Part shown: positions 25,901 to 37,900 of the stretch, piece after piece
How positions within the stretch are numbered: position 1 is the first letter of the stretch
Layout of the letters: each line of letters opens with the position of its first letter
From: Fimbriosthenelais zetlandica
Taxonomy: Eukaryota
Length of the DNA: 64,000 bases
Assembly (NCBI GenBank): GCA_977030845.1
Contig: OZ365113.1
Location: forward strand, 13,702,001 to 13,766,000
Reading direction: 5' to 3'
Notes under the pieces: model-generated
Seen by the model: only the letters and a program-made list of their open reading frames with translations
Databases searched by the model: none
Told to the model about the DNA's origin: nothing
Translations under genes and position numbers: made by a program

Positions 25901-28900
25901 CATTCCCATCAACATCATCAGCCGGGCTGCCCGAAGCCTATTACACCGACACGGTCTTCACCCATACAATGGGGTCGTGTGTACTAGACGACTACAATGT
26001 GAACACACAACTGTTGTGTGTATTGAAGTGAGTGTGTGAACCAATACTCACTTTTACTCTGAGAGTAAAATGCAACTGACGTTCTTGCTAAAGTTACAGC
26101 ATCTCTAAGGGAATCCAGCACCTTTGTGTGTTTGCATGTGGATAGGCATCATCAGATTTCACCCCAGGCTTAGTCATGTGGCCTAGCTGTCTTTTAATAG
26201 GGTATTCCTTGCTCTATGATGCTATGCATAGGAAATTATCATCATAGCCAATAAGCTGGACAAAGCTGAACTCTATACCCTTGTTCTGAGCTATACACTA
26301 CTATTGGACATCATTAGGCATTCAATGCACCTTACTGGTGCATTAAGGTGGATAGAAAAGGTTGAAAACATTCAGTGGGGTCTCTTTAAAAAGGAGATCT
26401 GTTGCCTACTATTATGTTCCTATTCATCATGATGATGAGGCGCTGAGCTTGCATTACTGCTGCTACTATTGACCGGTGCGATTGTGTCACGTCGGAGTAC
26501 AGCCAAGAGAAGGATGGTGCGATTGTGATCAGCAGTGGAGGCAGCCATAGCTTATGATTATAGGAAGCTGGAAGGAGTACGCTTGCTCACCACCGTCTGT
26601 GCCCATTAATCCCACATTGCCAAACTAACCACAGCACATCTGTGCATCAATGATTCAAGCTTATGCTTCATACTCGTAATACAATACACGGTCCTACAAG
26701 CTGCCTGTCCATACATATATGCATTAGGAGGAAGGAGTTGATACCTGACATTCACTGTGGCCTCTTGTGCAGGAAGGAGAAAAAGGAATTCCGCAGGGTG
26801 TTGCTGTTTATGGTGTTACCTTGTTTGTCATCCAAGGGTTGTGATATTCATCATAGACAGCCTGCCTCCTCCTCCTCCTGCCTCCCCTCCTCCTGATTGT
26901 CCTACACATGTGGGATGCTGACTGTGTCCATGGATGCGCCGTTGGATCTCAGCGGAGGCAGGCCCTTGCAGGTATAATGTTTTTGCCAGAAAACTTCAAA
27001 TTACGTGTATTGGTTCATCCTTGTGAGCTATGCTCGCTCGCGCGTTTCTCGTAAACTACCTTCTGTAATTAATTTTCAGCACTTAAATTACCATCAAGCC
27101 GTTGGGCACGGGTCTAATGCTAATGGCTGGTGATAAGTCTAAGGGGGTTGAAGTGACAAATGGATGGGTGATATGTATAGTATGTAGGAAGGAACTATGT
27201 TTTTTGAGCTCTGATTCTGTGATAAGACTATGAGAGGTCGGAATGGCTCGCTATCATTACATATATGGGTAGTTCTATTTCGGGAGTCGCTCCATAAAAC
27301 AGTTGAAGATGGAGTATAATGTTATTCTAGGGGTATAGGCAGTAATGATGGGCTGATAAATGGCCGGTTGTAATCTGCTGTTTGTTGCGTAATGAGGCAT
27401 CATGCTCCTCCATCGACAATCAATAAACCACTGGCTCTCTCTCTCATATCACCCATTCACTGCATACACTGGGGCTGTTTACCCATCTATTAGGCTGAAA
27501 GCATAGAATATACATGTATTACTGGGCATGACATTTGACCAGACCTCCTAACATTTTTGCTCCCTAAGTTAATTGATTCTAGATTCAGCACACAATCTAG
27601 AGTCCCGAGCTAAGCAGCTTCCTCAATGGTCTTTTATCACGGAAATGTAATATTGCTCTCCTAGATTGCGTGCTTGGACTTTCTCTCTATAATTGAGCGA
27701 GAGAAGGGGGGAAAAGGTAAAGGATTTTTGTTCACTCACTTGACTATGTAGCAGGCAATGTTTAGATGAGAGGTGCAATCGTAAAAGAATGCAATATTAT
27801 TGTTTGGGCTTAAAAATAATAGACTTGAATTAAGTTTGTCCAATGTGGGCAGTGAATGCAGTTGATTAGGACTGGAGATAAGTAATCCCTCAGCTGGCTC
27901 TATCTTGTCACTGATCTGTCTTGCATTGATCGTTGATTGAGCCAAGCTGTGAAGGTAAAAGCGTTACATAGTCTTATGGATGGAGTCTGTATGTACAAGT
28001 TGATTGGCAGGCCAGTTAATCATTTCTTTTTGTTTCTGGCACCCATCATTCCGTTGCCTTTTACCGTCAGTCTGGCATGAAAACACAAGGAAATAGAATG
28101 TCAGATGGGGAGAAAAGTGGTCACTTTACATTGGGTGTAAATGTTGGTAATTTTGATATTAATGACCCATGACATCAAAAGGATGACATAAAGAGTGATA
28201 ACGTCACCTTGTTTGGCCTTAATGTTATAACCTATCTCCGCCACCATCAGTTCATAACGAGCACTATTGTTTCCCCTGCTCCATGAATAGGTCAATACCA
28301 ACTGTTCCTCTCACTCTATTAGTCTATAATCAGATGCCACAGTGTGTTTAAACACAATGGTCCTACATTCCTGACTCTCATTGTGACTCAACCTCGTCCA
28401 TCCCCACTAATTACTACTGCTTGCTGCCTCTCTCGCCGACATACATCGAGGCCAATTATACACAGCCCAGTTAAGAGATGTAATGGGACAGGGAGATATT
28501 ATGTAATGTTGTCCCATTGTATTTGATAATGCATCTCCGCCTTGGGCTCACGTTTTCATCTCCATTGTGATGCTATTATATATTGACCTCATATATTTAG
28601 AGAGTGAGAGAGTCATTGTGTTATCTTAATATTGTCCATCATTGTGTATGGTTCACTCTACCTCTACACCACATTGATGGAGTGAATAGAGATACTGATA
28701 CATTATAAGTTATCCCGTACAATGATTGGATGTTACAGAGATTTTACAATTAGTGATGTATTAGGTTGCTGATTGAATGACAGTGAGATGGTTTTAGCTT
28801 GAGCTGTCTTCATTATCACTCGGCCAGCAGTTCGTGCTAGTGTTTACCAAAGGCTCTAGTCTATAATTTACCAACGATTCCAGGAAGGATTTTCTGGTCG

Positions 28901-31900
28901 TTATTAAATGGGTGTTTACAAACGATTGACCTCCTTCACTTGAGCCAGTGTCTTCATGACTGGAGGCAGAGTGCCTGGAGAAAAGCTCTGTGTTTGTGCC
29001 GTGGGTTGCCTAGAGGTTTGTCGGGTGGCGGGTGGGTGGGGGAGACAAATGCTGAGACAAGAAAGAACACTAAACATTCAACATTTTATTGTACATTTTT
29101 TGTACCTTTAATACAATTGTAAAATTGTACCGTCTCACAATATATAAAACACTTAATGTTTTACCTAACGCTTAATCATATTCATTGATGATGACTGACC
29201 TCATCTTTTCCTGAGTGGCTCATGAGTTATTCCGTCTGTATGAGCTGTTCCCTATTCACTGTGACATCATTGTTCCTTGCTTAGTCCGGCTGCCTCGGAC
29301 TGCCTTTGTCTGACATTTGTCATGCATACAATGAACTGTCTAATTCAGTTAATAAAACCAATACCACTTTCATCCGTGAGCACCATGGAACGCACCTCTA
29401 CCCTCTACTGGTAGGCCATCATATTTTAAGGTCACGCCCGCTTTTCACTCTATAATTTGGAGTCTGGCCAGTCTCTCTTGTGTGTATACTGCCATGCCAA
29501 GTGTTGAATAATGTACATAAATCCCTCCCCGGAATGACAGGTGTGGGGACGGGCCGTGAGACCCGTGCCAAACACAATACTCCTCTCACCGCTATATAAT
29601 CATTATCCTCATCCCTCATCGACCCACTCTACTGTAGATAGATCATACCCGAGAAATTTGTCATTCACTTAAAAGGTGCATGTATTATGCAATCCCATGA
29701 TCATGAAACATTGTAAATTATACCTGAAACGTGATCGATATCACTTTTGTTACTCTCTTTGAGGCAATGTCTCAGACATTGTCGACATTTTAAAATGATA
29801 TCAGCTTCTGCAGGCACCCCTGAAAAAGACTAAAAAATGTATTTCATAAAAGATCAAATTCAAACAGGTAATGGAGTTTATTACTCATCATGATTGAATG
29901 CTCCCGTCTCCTCTCATGTCTTTTATTTTAAACCATGGATGTGTTCAGAGACACTATTCTCTATACCTATAATCATTGCATTCAAGTCAGATATTTCATG
30001 TGAATTGTCTGTTAATGTGGAAATTTAAGAGGGGAATTGGTTATATGATACGATTCATGCCGCCTCCCCCACCTCTCACTCTTTCTCCCCCTCTCTCATT
30101 TCTCCTCCTCCCCCTTGCCAACCATACGGTTCCTTTGTCGGGAACAGATGAATGCCTAACCCACTTATGGTCATCACTATCACCTGGGCAACGCTCAACA
30201 TGCGCGTTCACGTGAGGTTGCTATGGTAACGCCATGGCGGCAGTGGTGCTGGCCTTGGTTTGTGATCTGTCTTTGGATGCTTGGCAGCGATAGTGTGACG
30301 GAGACGGCCTGAGATGGGCAGAGGAGTGAGTGAAAATGAAAATTGCCATAACTTGGCAATCTAGTGCATTTAGGAGTGGATGTGGAAGTGCCCGTGAGCC
30401 AAATTTGAGAGAAAACCACTCGAATAAGAAATGGAAGGATAAAGCAGTGCAAAAATGAAAGAACCAAGTCAAGAACAGACGATAAAGAGATCATGCCCCA
30501 CCATAGCAGCGTTGCTGGGATATGCCACTTATATTCCCACGGGGACTGACTTGAAATGTCATTAACCGCTAATTAAATTCACCGAGTTCTTGGCATAATA
30601 ACAGTTCTTTGCTCTCCTTCATTCTGGCATGTGGAAAATGTCTGTGGTGTGGGAAAATTTAGCCTTGGCTGAAGACAAATTGTCGTCTGCTGGATGAATT
30701 TTCGTCTGCTCCTGATTAGGAGAGACTAACTGAAGAAAAAGGCAAAATCTGAGCTTATCTCATTCCTTCTCCATGCAACGATTCTTGTAAGTGAAACCAG
30801 ACGCAACCGACGCGAGTTAAATGGAGTCAAACTGCCAAAATGTTTTTGAGTAACCTCAGATGAAAGTGCTAAAATTATGGCACTTGTATCATTGCAGCAA
30901 ATGCTGCAATCACTAACAGCTGAGATTCCAGTTTAATTCTGCCATGAATTTGAAGCTCGGACCTTTTTTTTGAAGGAACGGAAGAGAAATAGTTTTCAGT
31001 AGTAAAGGAGTATGTGTATGGATGGTTACTGTGCGTCGCCGACTAGTTGGTGGACTGTATGTGTCATCAGACACTGTGTGCCCTGCATGATGTTACTCCT
31101 CACACACACCTGCCCTCCTAACACAACACCTGGACTCGTGTGACACACCTTTTACACGGTCACACACATACACACAAGCACACACCCATACCCATTCATG
31201 CACGCCATAGATCCTTAAACATGGCATCAATCATACCTGTGCATGGAAACCGAAATTGTGTTGATAATGAATACAAATTTGATTAATGAATCAAATAATA
31301 TCATAGTTTCTGATGGTCTATTTATGTTGATTCTTTATGAATAAAACCCTGAAAGGTGTTTTAAAAATCATATTTTTTCATTAGAGTGAATTGACCTGTT
31401 GGGACCTTTTTAAAAGCAGTGAGGAGGAATAGAGCAAGTATATGCCAAGAAAGTGCTGGTTGGTATCCCCACTTTCTGGACACTGGCAAAAAGAAAGTCT
31501 TCTGGCTCCCTTTCAAATTGGACTTGAGCCTACAAACTGTGAGGGAGAGAGGAAAAGGGCATGGGAGGCAGTAACAGAAAAGGAAGATGTGGAAACATAA
31601 GAGTATTTAGAGAGACAGACAGTTAAGGTAGGGTTGGTTAGAATTGGGCGAGATGGAACGAAGGAAATAGAAAGGAATGATCAATTGACTAAACTGCTGT
31701 AAAAATACTATGGGAATGGACAGGTTATAAACTAGTAAATAGACGGACAGGAACACTCCCAATATTGTCTCCCAGAACTCAGTAAGGCACCCTATCCCTA
31801 GAACACATACAAAGTGGAGTAGATGAAGGCACGGAGCTTCACTACCCCATAAATTCCCCTCAGCTCGGTTTACATATCTCAGGAACCCAATTCTCCCCTC

Positions 31901-34900
31901 GCTGTCTAGGATCACTGATAAGTCTACAAGTTGGCAAACCAACTGACATGGTTAGACAATACCTCAGGCCCGACCACTTGGCAGTGGAAACGCTCGATAT
32001 TTCCAGATCTTCAGAATAGTGGCCAAGAATCGTATGCAGTTTTTGGCTAACAGTGTTAGTTTTTTCCCCTTAAATGTGTATTTCTTGGAATGAGAGGTCA
32101 GGAAAGGAATGGAATGATCACCATCTGCTGAATTGTATCAGTGGAAAGCTATCGTACAGTGTCCTGTTTATTAAATGATCTATGAGTATCTATGAATACA
32201 AGGCGTGGACCGTTTTCGGTCAGTTATACTTCCTAGTTCTTATCACACAGCAGCTGCTAAATTAATCAAAACACAAGCACGCTAAAAACAGTGGGGATAA
32301 AGAAAGTAAAAAACTCCACGGCGCTACAAGACACGATTGGAAGTAATCCCAACCGCCTAGAGTTACCTACTGGGCACATGATCGAATGACTGGAGGCATT
32401 GTTGCATGTCTGAGTGCATTTACTGGAGGCATTGATCTCTCTACTTAGCCAGAAATAACTTCATATATGTCTGAAGGCCTCTTGGGGAAAGATGAGAAGG
32501 AATTCGTCAGATATTGTAATAGAATGTCATAAGTGTTTGGTCTACTTTGAAACAGGCTATAAAGGGTCCACACCAGTTGGGAGCCATTTGGTGAATTTTT
32601 TTGTTGAAAGATACAAAATCTATCGTCGGAATATGGGCAGTATATATATTCATGATTTTGTCAAAAGAAAACCCTCAGGTTTTATATAGCATATGATGTT
32701 CTTAGGTAAATTCAGAAGAAAACAATAGAAGGGATTGAAGGTAGAGAGGTTAGGGGAAAGAAGGGTTGATGGAAAAGGGTGAAGGTTGGTTGTGTCAGGA
32801 TGATTTGAGAGAATAAAAAGGGTGGAGTATAGAGCTGGTGCTGTGAAGCCTCATCCTGTCTTCACTGATCAATAAGGAGCTGTGACATGCTGCTCAGCTC
32901 AATATGATGAGGGCAGAGAGTGGATGGATAGAGGCAGACTGAGGGACGAGATGCGCATACTAAACATGTAAACCTCACTCCACAGATTAGATGGATAGAC
33001 AATCACACAGATGTTGACATGTACATAAAATCATTTTCTGAGGTTAGTACATTCTAGAATCTCTTTGTTATGTCTTCATTTACCAAAGAGAATTAGAGCA
33101 CCGGTTGATTTGAGGACTCGTGCTCTATGTGATTTGGGTTTTCGAGACACCCTGATTCCATTGAGTATGAAGTCAGATATACCATATTAAAGAAAGGGAA
33201 ACAAATCGGACAGGTATGAAAAGTACATGGCCAGACAACTAAATACCGATGTCATGTCAAGGATGTGGAATATTGCATGATAATATTAAGAAGCTTGGAC
33301 TGTGAGGCTCTGAACTGTTAGTCATGAATACAATGGCCTTCAACATCGATTGATTTACCAACAAACGTGCTTGGCCACAGACGCTTCATGTGCGTGCATA
33401 CGAATGTTATAAGGGGAAAGTGATTACTCCAGACTTAGATACGCTGTATGGGCAATAGGCAGTATCTGTGATCAATATAATATTATGTGTAAAAGCAAGA
33501 GGTGCTTTTGATGTTATATCTGTAAGTTATTTTGAAGCCTAGCATCTGGGTTAACCCACCTCTCCAGACCCCCTCCCCTCTCCCTGATAACTGTACATTC
33601 CAATTGCCATTTATTCATGGCAAAAATGTGCATCTTTTTACATTAAAAGAATGACTTGTGTTGGTATTCCAGTGAGATCCACGAGATGTGTAGACTGTGA
33701 TATAAATTGGTTTACATGTAGTAATCTGGCCGTCCATGGCTGGTAGCAGTGTCTAGGTCTATGATCCCGGGTTGGGAGTATACATGATCCAGTGTAGATG
33801 GACCTCCTGCTGGGCTGATTGTTTATCCAGGCTGGCCCACTGACACAGGAGGAAGCTTTCCTCCAGGCGAGCATTATCTCTCCTCCACCTACTCCTCCAC
33901 GGTGAGGAGAGAGAAATGATTAGTTTACTAGACATAGACATCACCAGTGATCCGACCATACTGTACACACAGCAGGAGAGACGGGCAGAGAGAGGAGAGG
34001 GTGGGGGGGGGGGAGAGAGAGAAGGAAAGGGAGAGAAAGAGGAGAGCGGGAAAGAAGGAAAGCTAGAGAGAGAGGAGAGGGGGAAAGAAGAAAGGGAGAG
34101 AGAAAGAGCAACGGGGGAAAGAAGGAAAGGGAGAGAGAAAGGGGAAATGGTGGGTCCTTACTACTAGCGTATAACAATAGAAAGGATAGAAATATAGACA
34201 TGTTACTACCAGTTCAGAAGGTCTTCACTAAAATATAGGAGAGACTGATAGAGAAAGGAAGATATGTAATATTGTGCACTTGAGTTTTACAAGCTTATGC
34301 TCCAGCGATGGTGATTTTTTTTACATCATCCCATGAGTGCCTCTCTTAAAACCAGACGCTTAAAATGATCGATCCCAATCATTTAAGTAAAAGCTCCTGG
34401 CGGAAAATCCAGGATGGAAGAGGAGCTAGTCATCTCTCTCCCCTCTCAATGGCCTCCGCTCAGTGGTGATTTGTCTACCGGGATAATAGTGCTAGACTTG
34501 TTAGGCTCAGGTCTCTACTTTAAAAACAGACTTGCTCGCGGTAGATCATTTTATTGAGAAAACATATCAGAAAATACTCCCTGAAGTCTATCCTGGAGGA
34601 ATGAGTTTTGAATAAGGCTCTCGTCACTATTTTTGCCCCCAAAAATATGTTTGTTTGAGACGAGGACCAGTCTATGATGGGTTCAGTAACTGCTCTATTA
34701 CTGTTGTTAACTCTTTGAGGAAGATTTTACCCACAGTATGAGCTCATCTCCCTCTCCGGGGCAGGCCATAACATCACAAACATCAAAAGATTAGCTTCCA
34801 GTGTTCCATGTAGAGGTCAGACTCTTTTCCTCTCACGTCTCATCATCGATCATACAAACGGTGTGCCATATAAATAGATCAATATACACAAACAGGAGGA

Positions 34901-37900
34901 GGACTTGGGTTATTGACAGTCATGTTTATGCTAGTTTATCACACCAGATTGCAATGACTCTAACACATGAGGGATAAAACCTAAAGTAAAAACAGAAACT
35001 TTAATGTGTTATATCATGATATTGGCTGTGTTAACCTATTAATTTGTGTTTTTCATTTTCCTGTATTTTTTTCTGTTCCTGTTATAAATGCCTATAGATA
35101 TGGTTTCAATGTGTAATCCTATAGTAAGCCTATAGGCTAAACCATCACCTCTCTCTAGGGAAGATATGTATGGCTTGAAATTGATGAATGTTGTCATCCT
35201 TTTAAGATGATCATACATCTTTCCAATCCCACTTGGGGTTTTATCTCCATCGCCTAAAATGGCCTTCCCACTCTCTGCCTTTTGAACATTTTCATTTCTT
35301 GTTTTCTGTTGACATTTCCCTCCTCCGTCATTCGAAGTGAACACTTCGTGACGGGGCGAATAATAAGTAGAAGTCTTGAGAAAAAGACAGGAAAGAACAT
35401 CTGAAGGTGGAGTATTCCCAGCAGCCATGCATCCAGTATGGCGGCCCTACCTCCCCGCCCACCCACCCACCCAGCCTCGCTGCTCCTGGCAGGCGGGTAG
35501 TAGCAGTAGCGGCGGCGGCCATTGATCACACTCCCCGGGGGATATTCCAATCAGACCGGATCATATTTTTACCAGGGAGCTGGGGATTAGTCTGTGGACC
35601 GTTCAAGGCCTTTTAATCCCCCGTCCGTAATAGTACTAGAGAGCCACTAGTGATGCCTCTCTCTACTCTCTACTACTGCCATCGTGGCGCCATCTCATGG
35701 CTGAGACAGATCTTCAGAATACCAACCCCACAGAATGAGACATGGACAAATGCAGGCAAACTTATTGTTCTGGTCAACCGCAAATAAAATATTTGCTCCT
35801 CCACTAATACACTGACAAATGATTTAAATATAATCTTTGCAGTCCCTATTCCTGATGTACACACACATCGGGAATGCCCATGACCTTTGTTGGAATTCCC
35901 AAGATTGTGAAGATAATTGGAGAGAGTCAAATGGTTTGGACTGTCGATGCGTGTTAATGCAGTCCTAATTGACCTCAGGTATCTATTACCGGGAATAATG
36001 AAACAAGCGTGTCTGGAATGCCTAGTTGTTACTGCCTCTGCTGCTGGTGCTACTACTGCTGATTTATTAATAGTATTCTGAGAGTAAATGCCAAGAGAGT
36101 GATTGGCATGCAGAAGAGAATGGGAGGATGGAGAGAGAAAGGCAAGGGAGTGAACCATGCAGTGCTGGGTTATCATGGCCAATAATCTTAGATAGTGGAC
36201 AAGGGGAAGGGATAGAATGAGATATTTGCGGCGTGAAGCAACAAAAGGACAGGAAAAGTCAGAGGCATCTATTCACAGTATTATTCACTGTCTAATTCAC
36301 ATGCTCATTGCCGCATTATCTCGCCATTTCACTCAGGAGTTGGGATCGATAGAGCGGCACTAATACACTATTACAGACACTTCATGACCAAGCCCCTCCC
36401 TTAATGATCAGAGCCAACTAACAGATCCACACTCTAATGGGTTTGATCCCAGTGCAAGGGGATTCAGATTATGTCCTACTGGAAATGCGAATGTCTGTAT
36501 TCTAAAAATGCATTAACGTTTATATATTGGATACTTGACTAAAAAATCTTTTATGTCTTCCGAGCTTCTAATCCATGTAGAGAGATGGAGTACAAAAAGG
36601 TTGCTCAAGTTCATATAGGTTGTGTATACGGCTATGATATATTGGGTTACCAGTGATTGGTAGCCTGCAGAGGGGATGTGAAGACTCATAATACTAAGCC
36701 ATGATTCAAGTAGGGTAAAAACCCTGGATGATGAATGGCAGTCAAACCAGTAGAAGGAAGAGGCAATTGTCTCTCAGCCTGAAGATCTCATACTGTGGGT
36801 GTGTATTGTTACTGAAGCGCTGGCGGCCTGCCTTCGCCAGTCGCTCTTGGCACCAGAGCAGCGACTTGCCCGGTATTGATCCGAGACAAGCTGTCGTAGT
36901 GGCCACCAGTATAATTAGCTGACGGCTACTGCAGAATCCTCCCTCCTCACATCACCAGTCATTCGGAGTTCACATCGCACAGCCAGAGCTTCCAAAGGCC
37001 TTTCTAATCAATCACACGAAAGCCTCTGCAGATAGAGCGAAAGATGGCTGCTTGACTTCTGCTGATTGGACAAACGAGCGGGGTATTAAATAGTGGTGGT
37101 AACCTGAGGTCGGTGTGCGATCAATACTTCAGCTGGTTTATTCAGTAATGAGTATAATAGTTAGGCCGGCACTGCTCTATCATCTCAGATTAGGCCCCTT
37201 ATTAACCATGCCCTTCTTTGTGTGTATAACCATCAGTTTCCTACTAAAAATATCTTGATTATATCTAAGCTGACAGAAAACAATATTCTGAGATGAAAAT
37301 AATTATTGTTTAGCCTGCAAATAATGGCTTCTGCAGAACTTTGTTATTTGATGGGATATATTAGCCATCCATAGATATGATACATATTATAAGGGGATAT
37401 TTAAAGCAGTAGAAGTTGCAGTGGTCTGTCTGAGCTTGATCGATTGGTTTCAAGTGAGCATGGATAGAAGTAAGGTATCAGGTGGTGAACTGCTCTGACT
37501 GCTCCACTGGCTTTAGCTGCCATGCTCCGCCGTGTTCAGTTGATTGCCTGAGTGCTATGAAAGCGGGCTGTGTTTTAGAGAGACCGATCAATGGCCTGCT
37601 AAAAGGGATGCTGCTATACATATGTCATACTTTAGCAGTCTGCCAGCCAGGCTTCTGGGTTGGATTACTGCTCATATGTGCTCACATCTGCTCGTTGACT
37701 ACTTGGAAATATAATCGTTCCAACTCCTCTAAGACTCTGTATATAGGTTGGCTTACATTGTTAGCTCATATCCGAGGGCACTTCCCTGATAGCGCCACTT
37801 AGGGACTGCCTTTGAACCCAATGAGCCCCTAGATACCCAGAACCCTCGAAAGATGAGTACAAGGCATCATGTGAGAGATCCAATCATAGGCCGGCCATCT

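Noticed and set aside
33916-34167. 83-aa E/R/G-rich ORF as an extra GSE1 RE exon
   Set aside because: Product of a GA-rich simple repeat; no suitable acceptor or donor.
35673-36182. 169-aa minus-strand ORF
   Set aside because: No recognisable motif or splice context; consistent with a chance ORF in a GC-richer intronic island.
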